The notes under the pieces: model-generated
The model's database searches: none
What the model was told of the DNA's origin: nothing
The model's input: the letters and a program-made list of their open reading frames with translations, nothing else
Shown: in pieces, positions 1 through 9,420 of the stretch
Numbering within the stretch: position 1 is the first letter of the stretch
Layout: every line of letters starts with the position of its first letter
IMG/VR virus record: IMGVR_UViG_3300021079_000001
Coordinates: 1-64,000 of that record
Source: a virus
Direction: 5' to 3' (one strand)
Length of the DNA stretch: 64,000 nt
Position numbers and translations under genes: made by a program

Positions 1-72
1 GAGAATGACCAGGCTGTTGAACAACTATGGGAACATGCATGGGGATTACGGGAACAAGTTAGAATAATATGA
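1..72 (+). CDS. 3' end of a truncated upstream ORF (..ENDQAVEQLWEHAWGLREQVRII*)
   Basis: Frame 1 is open from base 1 to TGA at 70-72, which overlaps the next ATG (ATGA coupling). Confidence 0.55.
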   Translation, partial: ENDQAVEQLWEHAWGLREQVRII

Positions 73-260
73 CACACACATTCGAGTTCATAGCCAACCT
101 GCATGATGGTAGACAGGTACACATGCACTACAAGGGAAAGAGCAGCAGACTCTCCAAGGTACGTGACTGTATACATGTTGACCTACTGAAGGTGTATGCC
201 ATACCCAGTACACAGGTGAAGGAACTTTATCTCAGACCTAATAAGAAACGACTATTATGA
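69..260 (+). CDS. hypothetical protein, 63 aa
   Basis: ORF track; ATGA overlaps with neighbours on both sides. Confidence 0.6.
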   Translation: MTHTFEFIANLHDGRQVHMHYKGKSSRLSKVRDCIHVDLLKVYAIPSTQVKELYLRPNKKRLL

Positions 261-934
261 ATACTAACTTACAAATAGTGCTGCCGTCTATTACGGATAC
301 CAATAAAGGGGTATATAGTACATCTATACGGATAACTGAGGTAGGAGATACTATACACATAGCATATGTAGATATTACTAAAGAAGCTGAAGATAAAAGA
401 AAACAAGAAAGAGTAGAAAAAACAGAACTCAATAGAAAGACTGTAGATGAATTGATAGCTGTATCTATAGTCAAAGATGTGAAAACTATAAAGATTTCAG
501 TAATAGAAGATACTATCAGATTATCAAAAAGATACCATAATGCCAATGGGCAATCTGTTGTATTCTCAAAGTCTTGTGATATAGATAGTGTCAATATAGT
601 AGATTGGGTCAATAACTTCATAACACTATGTCCATTAAGTTGGGGAAGCTATGTTCATAGTAATTCAAAGGAGTTCACAGAAGCTAATGGTACTGAATAT
701 AATCTCCTCACAGAAGATAAGAAAAAAGAACTACAGACGAAAGGTTGGTCAATACGAGAGGAATCGTGTACCCCTTATGAAGAAATGGAAGATGAGCAGT
801 TGTGGAGTACATTCCCGGAAGAGGATGATGAGCTATTGTCAGATACAGTAGAATCTATAATCCCTCCATATGTACCGAAAATGAACAGATTGCACAGACT
901 GTTATCCTACCTTAAATTAATAAAAAATAACTAA
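257..934 (+). CDS. hypothetical protein, 225 aa
   Basis: ORF track; coupled to neighbours; no motif recognised. Confidence 0.7.
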   Translation: MNTNLQIVLPSITDTNKGVYSTSIRITEVGDTIHIAYVDITKEAEDKRKQERVEKTELNRKTVDELIAVSIVKDVKTIKISVIEDTIRLSKRYHNANGQSVVFSKSCDIDSVNIVDWVNNFITLCPLSWGSYVHSNSKEFTEANGTEYNLLTEDKKKELQTKGWSIREESCTPYEEMEDEQLWSTFPEEDDELLSDTVESIIPPYVPKMNRLHRLLSYLKLIKNN

Positions 935-935
935 T

Positions 936-1694
936 ATGTTGTTATGGCTTACATGTACCCATGGTCGTTTCAAATGCTTACAGAGGAACTTACGATGCTA
1001 CATGGATCAGACTACTACTGAGGAGTCTGTAATGTTCATATGTAACTCTGGTAGCCCATTGAAGTTACCCAGTGACTTATTACTACCGGATAACAAGAGG
1101 GTGTACGTAGATAACTGCAGTCTCATGAACTTCCAGTCAGTAGGAGAGAAGTACCAACACGCATTGGAACTGGCCATGAGAATGTACCCGGATATTAATA
1201 TAATATGCAGCTGCGATGATGATGATATCTTCCTGCCTGATCATCTACTAGAGGGTTCTGCTGGTTATGGTATAGCTAGAACACAGGGAGCATTGGCATA
1301 TAAGCCACAGAAGAGCTATTATAGGTATCGGGATGCCAATAAGAAAGTAGTAGTGACATTGGCTGAGAATACTCTGGAACCATCTATATTTGTAGCTGCC
1401 GCATGGGTATTGGATAAGGGATATGCACCAGTATCAGTTCGGTATCATCAGCAATGGCTGGACCCATTGCTATATGCTAACAAGTTATTCATAGACCCTA
1501 ATGGAATATCAACACTCATATACAACTGGGGAGATAATGGTAGCCCAGATGAGGACTATAGTATATACAAGATGTCAGGTTCTGGACAGGATAATCACAA
1601 TAACTTCATAGCCCATGCTAGGACATCCAAGGATATGGGTAACGGACTATTAGTACCATTAGAAGATAACACACAGTATTATAAGATTCCATAA
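936..1694 (+). CDS. glycosyltransferase, GT-A/GT2-like
   Basis: N-terminal 'LTCTHGRFKCLQRNLRCYMDQT' (GT2 first strand/helix), 'SVGEKYQHAL', and DxD-type motif 'CSCDDDDIFLPDHL'. Confidence 0.8.
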   Translation: MLLWLTCTHGRFKCLQRNLRCYMDQTTTEESVMFICNSGSPLKLPSDLLLPDNKRVYVDNCSLMNFQSVGEKYQHALELAMRMYPDINIICSCDDDDIFLPDHLLEGSAGYGIARTQGALAYKPQKSYYRYRDANKKVVVTLAENTLEPSIFVAAAWVLDKGYAPVSVRYHQQWLDPLLYANKLFIDPNGISTLIYNWGDNGSPDEDYSIYKMSGSGQDNHNNFIAHARTSKDMGNGLLVPLEDNTQYYKIP

Positions 1695-1699
1695 CTTTG
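1692..1699 (+). promoter_or_regulatory. putative Bacteroidota sigma70-type -7 element TAACTTTG, 4 nt before the fibre ATG
   Basis: Exact match to TAnnTTTG, but it overlaps the upstream stop codon, so chance is possible. Confidence 0.45.
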
Positions 1700-1703
1700 C
1701 ACT

Positions 1704-4133
1704 ATGCCCAGTGCGACTCCCTTACCTAATAGCATATTAACTACTAACAGCAGCGGTGTACGACAGTATTCATTACCATCTGAGATACCTGTAGGTACTG
1801 TGCACTCTGTCAGTAATGCGGATGGTACAGTTACAGTAGCTCCCACTACCGGCAATGTGGTAGTATCATTGCCAGTTATAGGCACACTAACTCCCGGTGT
1901 ATATACCAACACCAACCTCACTGTAGATGCATATGGGAGAATAACATTAGCAGCTAATGGTTCAGGAGGCGGTTCCCAAAATCTCCAACAAGTAACTGAT
2001 ATAGGGGCTATTACAACCAATACAATTACTGTAGGTTCTTTATCAGGGTTATTTAGTCAAGTACTAAACTCTGCAGTAGGTACAGAAAATGCTGCTACGG
2101 GAACATATGCTTACTTAGATTCTTCTGGATATTTAGGATTAAACAATGGTGTAGTTGAAAGTTATCTATACAATACTAACGTAACACATACGGGTGTTGC
2201 ATTAGAATTTCCAAATGCAACTGCTTCCACTAATTATACTATACCAATATCTGTTAATGGTACTACAGCAGATAGTGCAGGTAATATTGCAATATCAACA
2301 GGTATTGGTACAGTAACTTCAGTAACTTTAGCCAATGGCACTGGTATATCTTTATCTGGTACTAATCCTATTACCACTTCAGGTACCATTACTATAACTA
2401 ACACCGCACCAGATCAGGTAGTATCATTAACACAAGGAGGGACTACCACAATAACCGGCACTTATCCAAATTTTACTATTTCCAGTGCAGATGCATATAC
2501 AGGTACAGTAACATCTGTAGCTACTGCAGGACTTATATCAGGTGGTACTATTACTACTACAGGTACTATCACTACTTCTATGGCTACTAATAAACTAGTA
2601 GGTAGAAGTACTGCAGGTACCGGTATAATGGAAGAAATTACTGTAGGTAGTGGTTTAACTCTTTCTGGGGGAACACTTACTAATACTGCCACCCCTACTG
2701 CTGTTGGTTATTATGGGGCATGGCAAGATAATGTTACACAAACTGCTGCTGTTAATAATACAGCTTATGCAATGATTTACAGAACTGTAGATCTTTCTAA
2801 TGGAGTTACAGTTGTTACCGATGGAACTAATCTTACAAGAATAACATTTGCAAATACAGGTATTTATAATATACAATTTTCTGCTCAGTTACAAAATTTA
2901 TCTACAGCAACTGAAGATGTAACGATATGGTTACGTAAGAATGGAGTTGATTTACCTGCAACAGGTACTATAGTTGGTTTGGCTCAAAGAAAAGGTCCTG
3001 CAGATCCTTATCATACAGTAGCTTCTTGGAACTTTGTTTTAAGTGTAGTTGCTGGAGAGTATTATCAATTAATGTGGAGTACAACTAACCATACAGATGT
3101 AATTATACCTGCTTATTCAGCAATATCTCCTGCTCCATCAGTACCATCAATTATATTAACTGTTACACAACAGTCTGGTATTATGGCCGGCACCGGTATT
3201 ACTGCAATCAATAGTCTTACAGGTGCTGTACAAACAATGGTTACAGGTACTACTGGTACTGATTTTGGAATATCTTCTGTAGGAACTACTCATACTTTTA
3301 ATTTACCATCAGCATCTGCAACTAATAGAGGTGCATTATCTTCTGCTGATTGGACTACTTTCAATAGTAAACAAGCATCTGGTAACTATATTACTGCTCT
3401 TACAGGTGATGTAACAGCATCAGGTCCAGGATCAGTAGCAGCTACTATAGCTAACAATGCGGTTACCTATGCCAAGATGCAAGCGGTATCAACCACGTCA
3501 AAGTTACTAGGGTCATCATCTACTACCACACCCGTACAGGAGATTACTATAGGTACAGGACTTACACTTACTGGTACTACATTAACTGCTGCAGGATCTG
3601 GAGGTACTGTAACCAGTATATCAGTAGTATCAGCCAATGGACTAGCCGGAACAGTAGCTAACCCTACTACAACACCTGCTATAACACTCAGTACTAGTAT
3701 TACGGGTATATTGAAAGGGAATGGCACTGCTGTATCTGCTGCAACAGTGCCTGATTATCCCACATCTATAAAAACCAAAGTAATTGGGTATGCACTAGAT
3801 GGGGCAGGTGGAGTAGTAGCAACTGGAAATACCAGGTATATAGTTGTTCCATATGCAGGTACTATAACTGGTTGGGCAATAACTGCTACTGGCACATCAC
3901 CTACATGCACAATAGATATCTGGAAAATAACTACAGGAACTGCATTACCTACAGTAGCTAATACTATAATGGGTACCAAACCTGCACTATCTACAGGTAA
4001 CTCTATAACCAGCACTACACTTACTGGATGGACAACAACATGTGCAGCAAACGATATATGGGGATTCAACCTGGATGCATGTAGTGCTGCACTCACAATA
4101 AACTTTGAAGTAACTATAATACTCACAGCATAA
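1704..4133 (+). CDS. tail or head fibre protein, Thr/Gly-rich, modular
   Basis: Repeated GTV(T/H)S(V/I) modules, 'QNLQQVTDIG', 'ALTGDVTASG..VTYAKMQ' fibre motifs, and globular beta domains. Confidence 0.75.
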   Translation: MPSATPLPNSILTTNSSGVRQYSLPSEIPVGTVHSVSNADGTVTVAPTTGNVVVSLPVIGTLTPGVYTNTNLTVDAYGRITLAANGSGGGSQNLQQVTDIGAITTNTITVGSLSGLFSQVLNSAVGTENAATGTYAYLDSSGYLGLNNGVVESYLYNTNVTHTGVALEFPNATASTNYTIPISVNGTTADSAGNIAISTGIGTVTSVTLANGTGISLSGTNPITTSGTITITNTAPDQVVSLTQGGTTTITGTYPNFTISSADAYTGTVTSVATAGLISGGTITTTGTITTSMATNKLVGRSTAGTGIMEEITVGSGLTLSGGTLTNTATPTAVGYYGAWQDNVTQTAAVNNTAYAMIYRTVDLSNGVTVVTDGTNLTRITFANTGIYNIQFSAQLQNLSTATEDVTIWLRKNGVDLPATGTIVGLAQRKGPADPYHTVASWNFVLSVVAGEYYQLMWSTTNHTDVIIPAYSAISPAPSVPSIILTVTQQSGIMAGTGITAINSLTGAVQTMVTGTTGTDFGISSVGTTHTFNLPSASATNRGALSSADWTTFNSKQASGNYITALTGDVTASGPGSVAATIANNAVTYAKMQAVSTTSKLLGSSSTTTPVQEITIGTGLTLTGTTLTAAGSGGTVTSISVVSANGLAGTVANPTTTPAITLSTSITGILKGNGTAVSAATVPDYPTSIKTKVIGYALDGAGGVVATGNTRYIVVPYAGTITGWAITATGTSPTCTIDIWKITTGTALPTVANTIMGTKPALSTGNSITSTTLTGWTTTCAANDIWGFNLDACSAALTINFEVTIILTA

Positions 4134-4306
4134 TGGAATATACAGTACTAAGTAAATCAAAAGTAGATATAGTAGTAGTGGAGTACAGATTAACAGATAA
4201 TACTATACAGATAATAACTGTTCCAGTATTTGATGCATATACAGATGAGGAAGTAGATAGACAGATACAATATCGTGGATCTTTAATAGAACAAAGTGGC
4301 AGCTAA
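4133..4306 (+). CDS. small 57-aa protein between the fibre genes (possible fibre chaperone); not in ORF track
   Basis: ATG overlaps the fibre stop (TAATG); MEYTVLSKSKVDIVVVEYRLTDNTIQIITVPVFDAYTDEEVDRQIQYRGSLIEQSGS*; fills the gap and overlaps the next start. Confidence 0.7.
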   Translation: MEYTVLSKSKVDIVVVEYRLTDNTIQIITVPVFDAYTDEEVDRQIQYRGSLIEQSGS

Positions 4307-5828
4307 CAATTTTACAGGGGTTATAAATAGTAACTACGGGACTCTCGGTAATTGGAGTCTTCTTGTTGTTCCTACTGCATCAGATGGTAATGTAGCTACA
4401 TTCACTAATACTTCTCCTGCCTGTACAGTAAATGTATCGAGTGTGGCTAATGCTATTGATTTCACTAATTACACTAATACTATTACATTCACTAACAAGA
4501 TTGTAGTATCTGGTAATGTTACTCTTGGTGCATCTATGGTATTTGCAGGTGCTGCTGCAGATGCTCTATCTATTCTAACGGCATCCACAATGACTTCTAA
4601 TGGGGTTACAGTAGGGGTACCACTAACTCTATCTGGTAATGTTACATATACCCTGGCTGACTCCTGGACAGTAGCTGCATTGGTGAGTTCCTCTAATACA
4701 GCTACTCAGACTATAAATGGCAACACTATCAATCTAGGAGCTGGATATTCGAATACTGTAGGTACTGGAACTATACAGGGAACTACTCTATTGAAATTTA
4801 CAGGTACAGGTACATGGACGTACTCTGCATCTGGTGGTACAGTAAAAAACAATGTAACTATAGCATGTGGTGCTGGTACATTCTCATTTACAGGAAGAGC
4901 AACCGGAGTAGCATTATATACAGGTACATTTACCTATACATCTGGTTCATTTGGAACATTCTCAGGGGCCCTTAGTATCAATAATACTACTACATTAGAT
5001 TGGGGAGGTAGTACTAATATAATGCCTCTGGCTATATTCACAGTAAATGCTACTGTAACTATCACACTGCTCAGTAATGTGTATTTAAGTGGCACATTTA
5101 CCCAGTCAGGAGGCACATACACGATAAATGGATTTACCATATTTCTTAGTGGCAACCTTACAACTACTACAGGTATAATGCAGGGTACCACAGTATTCAC
5201 GTTGTCTGGAGGAGGCACATGGAGTGGTAACTTTCCTGTGAAAAACAGTATAACATTTGCTGGTAATTACACTGTATCTGGAACTGTACAATACAATACA
5301 GGCACAATGACCTATTCATCTGGTACAATAACTACTACATCTAGTACTATAACAGTAGGAGCATCTACTACATTTGCTACTAGTGGAATGTCCTGGAATA
5401 ATATTACTGTATCTGCCACATCCACACTTACTATCAATTCTACACTTACTGTAGGTGGAACACTAACTCTATCTGCTAATACTACATTTGCAGGTACGGC
5501 AGGATTCAGTGTCAATACATTATCAGCTACAACTGCAGGGCTTACCCATACATTAGTACATGCAGTTACTTATACTGTGACTACATCTCTGGTATTTACA
5601 GGTACACTAGCTAGTCATATGGTAGTGATTAGTGATGATGGTACTACAAAAGCTCTCTTGACCCTCACACCAGGTGCTAGTCAGTCTGTATCATTCACTA
5701 ATGCTACCAGAATTGATAGTAGTGGTGGTCAGACTATATGGGATTTTGGTGGAACTCTGACTACTACTGTAAACTGGAATCTATTAGTACCTACCAGTGT
5801 TCAGAGTGCATACACTCATATAAACTAA
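4296..5828 (+). CDS. beta-helix-like Thr/Gly/Ser-rich fibre or spike (candidate receptor-binding protein)
   Basis: GTG start; repetitive T/S/G/N beta-strand pattern resembling passenger-type beta helices. Confidence 0.65.
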   Translation: MAANNFTGVINSNYGTLGNWSLLVVPTASDGNVATFTNTSPACTVNVSSVANAIDFTNYTNTITFTNKIVVSGNVTLGASMVFAGAAADALSILTASTMTSNGVTVGVPLTLSGNVTYTLADSWTVAALVSSSNTATQTINGNTINLGAGYSNTVGTGTIQGTTLLKFTGTGTWTYSASGGTVKNNVTIACGAGTFSFTGRATGVALYTGTFTYTSGSFGTFSGALSINNTTTLDWGGSTNIMPLAIFTVNATVTITLLSNVYLSGTFTQSGGTYTINGFTIFLSGNLTTTTGIMQGTTVFTLSGGGTWSGNFPVKNSITFAGNYTVSGTVQYNTGTMTYSSGTITTTSSTITVGASTTFATSGMSWNNITVSATSTLTINSTLTVGGTLTLSANTTFAGTAGFSVNTLSATTAGLTHTLVHAVTYTVTTSLVFTGTLASHMVVISDDGTTKALLTLTPGASQSVSFTNATRIDSSGGQTIWDFGGTLTTTVNWNLLVPTSVQSAYTHIN

Positions 5829-5837
5829 TACTACAAA

Positions 5838-5903
5838 CTAACCAATTTAGTTAGGGAATATATACCAGATACATACAACTTAGTTAGGTAGTTAGTACAT
5901 TTG
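5838..5903 (+). promoter_or_regulatory. promoter region: palindrome CTAACCA-ATT-TAGTTAG (5838-5854) and -7 element TACATTTG (5896-5903)
   Basis: Intergenic; the same 58-bp arrangement recurs at 23491 and 37541. Confidence 0.75.
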
Positions 5904-5912
5904 CAATAAGGT

Positions 5913-6311
5913 ATGAGTAAGGAACTACATAATGGAGAATACAATATAAGTCCTTATAAGAGAATTTACAAGGATAAGAGGGACATAGCCAAGGCATTTT
6001 ATAGTCTGCTATCCGCATTCCACCCCAATATTCCATTAACTAATGGTGAGGTTAATCTATTGGCCCACATATCAGTATATGGAGGAGTAGCATCAGAACG
6101 ATCTAAGAAGGACTACCTGGCTGCGTATGGGGGGTCAATAGCATCTATGGACAATACTATAGGTAAGTTGAAGAAGAAAGGGATGTTAGCTAAGATAGAA
6201 GGTAAAGTACGTATCAACCCAAAAGCAAAGTGCCCCGATTTCAATAGTACAGACACATTCATATTCACGTTCAAATGCTTAATGCAGACAGAAAAAGTAA
6301 ATTCCCTATAA
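5913..6311 (+). CDS. winged-HTH DNA-binding protein (MarR-like)
   Basis: 'LTNGEVNLLAHI' helix, then 'SIASMDNTIGKLKKKGMLAKIEGKVRINP' recognition helix and wing. Confidence 0.6.
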   Translation: MSKELHNGEYNISPYKRIYKDKRDIAKAFYSLLSAFHPNIPLTNGEVNLLAHISVYGGVASERSKKDYLAAYGGSIASMDNTIGKLKKKGMLAKIEGKVRINPKAKCPDFNSTDTFIFTFKCLMQTEKVNSL

Positions 6312-6643
6312 TAATAGAAGAAGAAAAAATAGGTGATAGTGCTGCTAAAGAAGTAGCTAAGATAATGGGTTTACCTGTAGGGCTATTGGACAAAATACAT
6401 AGTCATCAGTGGGCTATTGTAGCTGATGGATTGAGAACCAACAAGAGTGTAGAAGTTACTAAATTTTTCTTCATAAAGGTTATACCGACCACTGTAACCA
6501 AGATGTTAGACGCATCTCTGGAACGTATAAAGGAAAAGGAAAAAGCCCTGAAGAAAGCAAAGGGAGAGAAACAAAAAGAAGTACTACAACGAATACTGGA
6601 TATGGAACGTGACTATTCTGAATTCATCAAAAGCAAATTATGA
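6275..6643 (+). CDS. IHF/HU-like DNA-binding protein
   Basis: 'VAKIMGLP...IVADGLRTNKSVEVTKFFFIKV' matches the HU/IHF helix-helix-strand pattern; IHF-like genes lie near terminase in crAss-like phages. Confidence 0.55.
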   Translation: MLNADRKSKFPIIIEEEKIGDSAAKEVAKIMGLPVGLLDKIHSHQWAIVADGLRTNKSVEVTKFFFIKVIPTTVTKMLDASLERIKEKEKALKKAKGEKQKEVLQRILDMERDYSEFIKSKL

Positions 6644-7014
6644 AATTAGAGATCGGAAAATTACTAGAAGGTATAGGTAACTCAATATGGGTGAAGGAAG
6701 AAGTAGAGAAGATAGCTGCAGAGAGAATAGCTCACTGTAACTCATGCCCTCATTACTCCCCCAACATACCCAACCTACAGGTAACAAGACGTGATAAATT
6801 CTGTACTGACTGCGGGTGCAATATGTATCTGAAGACCCGGGCATTATCGGCTCAATGTCCACTGGGACACACATTCACTCATTTCCCTGATGAACAATCT
6901 AAATGGGGCCCAGTAGCGGATGATACTGTATCTGGACAAGTGGAACTCACACCGGAACTGAAAAAGGATATGGACGAGTACAAGAGAAAACTAATGAATA
7001 ATCAAGCAGAGTAA
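6640..7014 (+). CDS. Zn-binding protein
   Basis: CNSC, CTDCGC and 'KTR..SAQCP..KW' motifs. Confidence 0.7.
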   Translation: MKLEIGKLLEGIGNSIWVKEEVEKIAAERIAHCNSCPHYSPNIPNLQVTRRDKFCTDCGCNMYLKTRALSAQCPLGHTFTHFPDEQSKWGPVADDTVSGQVELTPELKKDMDEYKRKLMNNQAE

Positions 7015-7015
7015 T

Positions 7016-7336
7016 ATGGCAGTAACTAAGAAAAACATATACATTACAGCAGAGTTGGAGTTTGCAGAACAGCAACTGGCATCTTGGAAGAACTGGCTAA
7101 TTAGTAATCCATACGAGACTATAGTAGATCGTAAAGAGATGCAGATGAATAAGAAGACTGGTGGTTCATTTATGACAACAGTGCAGACTAAAGAGGCTAT
7201 TCAGAAAGCACACCGGGACACACTAAAGGAGTACCTAGCAATGGCTGAAGTAGTTGAAAGACTAAGAGCTGCAGACGAGATCAAGAAGAAGTCAGTGAAA
7301 GGAGGAATGGAAATACCTGAAGCAATGTCAGACTAA
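7016..7336 (+). CDS. helical protein, possible terminase small subunit
   Basis: Directly upstream of and coupled (TAATG) to the large terminase; function by position only. Confidence 0.5.
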   Translation: MAVTKKNIYITAELEFAEQQLASWKNWLISNPYETIVDRKEMQMNKKTGGSFMTTVQTKEAIQKAHRDTLKEYLAMAEVVERLRAADEIKKKSVKGGMEIPEAMSD

Positions 7337-9405
7337 TGATAGAAGAAGTAAAATACGAGGACTGGTTCAGGAACTTAACGCCTGATCAAATACCTCCCAA
7401 AGGAACACCAGAACGTAAGACTCTACGAGATAGAGAACGTAACCGGTGCCTGGGAGGTATAACTGTTGATGGAGTATACATATCCGGTTGGCTATACTGG
7501 CACCTCAACCACTGGAAAATACGTACCAACTACGTAGACGAATATGGTAATATAGTACGGCAGGAACAGTTGCCTCATCTACGGGATAACGAGTGGGTAC
7601 GTGCAGATGCATTCGAAGAGTGTAAACGGCAGAAGAAGGGGTATATGGAGATAGGTGGTAGACAAGGGGGTAAGTCAGAGTTTGAAGCATCTACTATCGG
7701 ATACAATGGAACAATGTTCAAGAACTCCCAAAATGTTATAGTAGGAGGTAATGATGATGACCTTACTCTGATAAAAGAGAAGATCGACTTCGGCATACGG
7801 GAGCTACATGACATTATCAAGATACCTAGACTGGACAAGGATTGGAGAAAGTCCATGGTACGTCTAGGATATAAGGCAAAAGACAATGATGATGAAGTGT
7901 GGTCGTTCCTAGTAATAAGAAACGTAGCCGGTGGGCAGAATACAGAAGGACCTGCAGGTGTAACAGCTAAATCATTTATAATTGACGAATGTGGAAAGTT
8001 TCCATTTGGTCAGGCATTTGCTGCTGCTAAACCGGCCTTCATGTCAGAGTTCGGGTGGAGAGCCATACCAATTATAGTAGGTACTGGAGGCGCATTCGAA
8101 AAAGGAGCAGATGCCGAGAGATTTTTCTACAACCCTGATGGTAATAATTTTCTGGCATTTGTAGACCATGCAACAGGTAAGAGAACTTGTCTATTTATAT
8201 CTGGCATATACAGGTACGACTGTAAAGTGGATAGTAACCTTGCTGATTACCTAATAGCAGAAGGTAAGATACCACAAGGTGATTATCCTGAACTGAGTAA
8301 GGTACCAATGCAAGTGGCTGATAAGGAAAAGGCCATGGAGAAGATACGATCAGATAGAGCTCTCAAAGCATTAGATCCTGATCAGACAGAGTACCTGAAA
8401 GAGATCATGTACTTCCCACTAACTCCACAGGAATGCTTCCTATCATCGGCTGATAACTTCTTCAATACAGATATAGCTAGACAACAAAAGGAAAGGTTGG
8501 AAGTACAGTTCCCCGGACTTAGAGTTGGTATGTATTGTGAGCTAGAGTACAATGAAGATAAAGTAATCAGTAAGGGGTCTTCTAAATTACCCATTAGTAC
8601 ATTCCCAGGTAAGCCGAATGAAAGTAGGGATGCTCCGGTAGTAATAATAGAACATCCTATACCAGATCCTCCATACGGATTATACGTAGCAGGGGCTGAC
8701 CCATTCAGACATGAGAAACCTACAGAAAATTCAGACTCTAATGGATCAGTAGTTATATTCAAAAGGATGTACGATGTGATGGCTGATAGCTTTCAAGATA
8801 TGCCAGTAGCGTGGTACACAGCTAGACCGGACAATAAGACACAATGGAATGAGACAGCAAGGAAGTTAATACGGTACTATAATGCACAGTGTCTCTGTGA
8901 GAATGATGAGTATGGATTCATAGAGTACATGATAGGTAAAGGAGATGGGCACCTAATGATGGATACACCGGACTGGTTACGTGAAGTTGCTCCAACATCC
9001 AGTACATTGCTCAGACCAAAAGGTATGAGTATGGCGAATCTGAAAATACGGGAAATGGCATTTGGTAATCTGAAGCAGTACATGGAAGAATTCTTTGCAG
9101 TTGCGGTTAATGCAGCTGGTCAAGAGAAGAGAGATATACTGGGAGTATCGAAGATATATGATCCTATGTTGTTGGAAGAAGTTATCAAATGGAATAAAGA
9201 CGGTAACTTTGACCGTATTATAGCATATTCATTAGCAATAACATGTGCGAGAAAGATGGATGCTGCCAGTATACAAGTAACTGTAGAGGAAGAAGATCCG
9301 AGATTCAAAGTGCCGGATAAGAATAAAAGGAGACAGCATACTATGTTCAGAGAGCCGAGCAGGTACAATCCTGGTAGATTAGCTATAGAAAGATTATTAA
9401 AATAA
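7336..9405 (+). CDS. terL: terminase large subunit
   Basis: Walker A-like 'GGRQGGKS', Walker B 'FIIDECGK', coupling motif 'VGTGG', RNase H-like 'YVAGADP' and 'GNFDRIIA'. Confidence 0.95.
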   Translation: MIEEVKYEDWFRNLTPDQIPPKGTPERKTLRDRERNRCLGGITVDGVYISGWLYWHLNHWKIRTNYVDEYGNIVRQEQLPHLRDNEWVRADAFEECKRQKKGYMEIGGRQGGKSEFEASTIGYNGTMFKNSQNVIVGGNDDDLTLIKEKIDFGIRELHDIIKIPRLDKDWRKSMVRLGYKAKDNDDEVWSFLVIRNVAGGQNTEGPAGVTAKSFIIDECGKFPFGQAFAAAKPAFMSEFGWRAIPIIVGTGGAFEKGADAERFFYNPDGNNFLAFVDHATGKRTCLFISGIYRYDCKVDSNLADYLIAEGKIPQGDYPELSKVPMQVADKEKAMEKIRSDRALKALDPDQTEYLKEIMYFPLTPQECFLSSADNFFNTDIARQQKERLEVQFPGLRVGMYCELEYNEDKVISKGSSKLPISTFPGKPNESRDAPVVIIEHPIPDPPYGLYVAGADPFRHEKPTENSDSNGSVVIFKRMYDVMADSFQDMPVAWYTARPDNKTQWNETARKLIRYYNAQCLCENDEYGFIEYMIGKGDGHLMMDTPDWLREVAPTSSTLLRPKGMSMANLKIREMAFGNLKQYMEEFFAVAVNAAGQEKRDILGVSKIYDPMLLEEVIKWNKDGNFDRIIAYSLAITCARKMDAASIQVTVEEEDPRFKVPDKNKRRQHTMFREPSRYNPGRLAIERLLK

Positions 9406-9420
9406 CTAAACAATATAACA

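Noticed and set aside
1634-1660. Operator palindrome upstream of the 1692 and 30801 elements
   Set aside because: No CTAAC-N7-GTTAG at the -58 position in either case, so these two are weaker promoter candidates.
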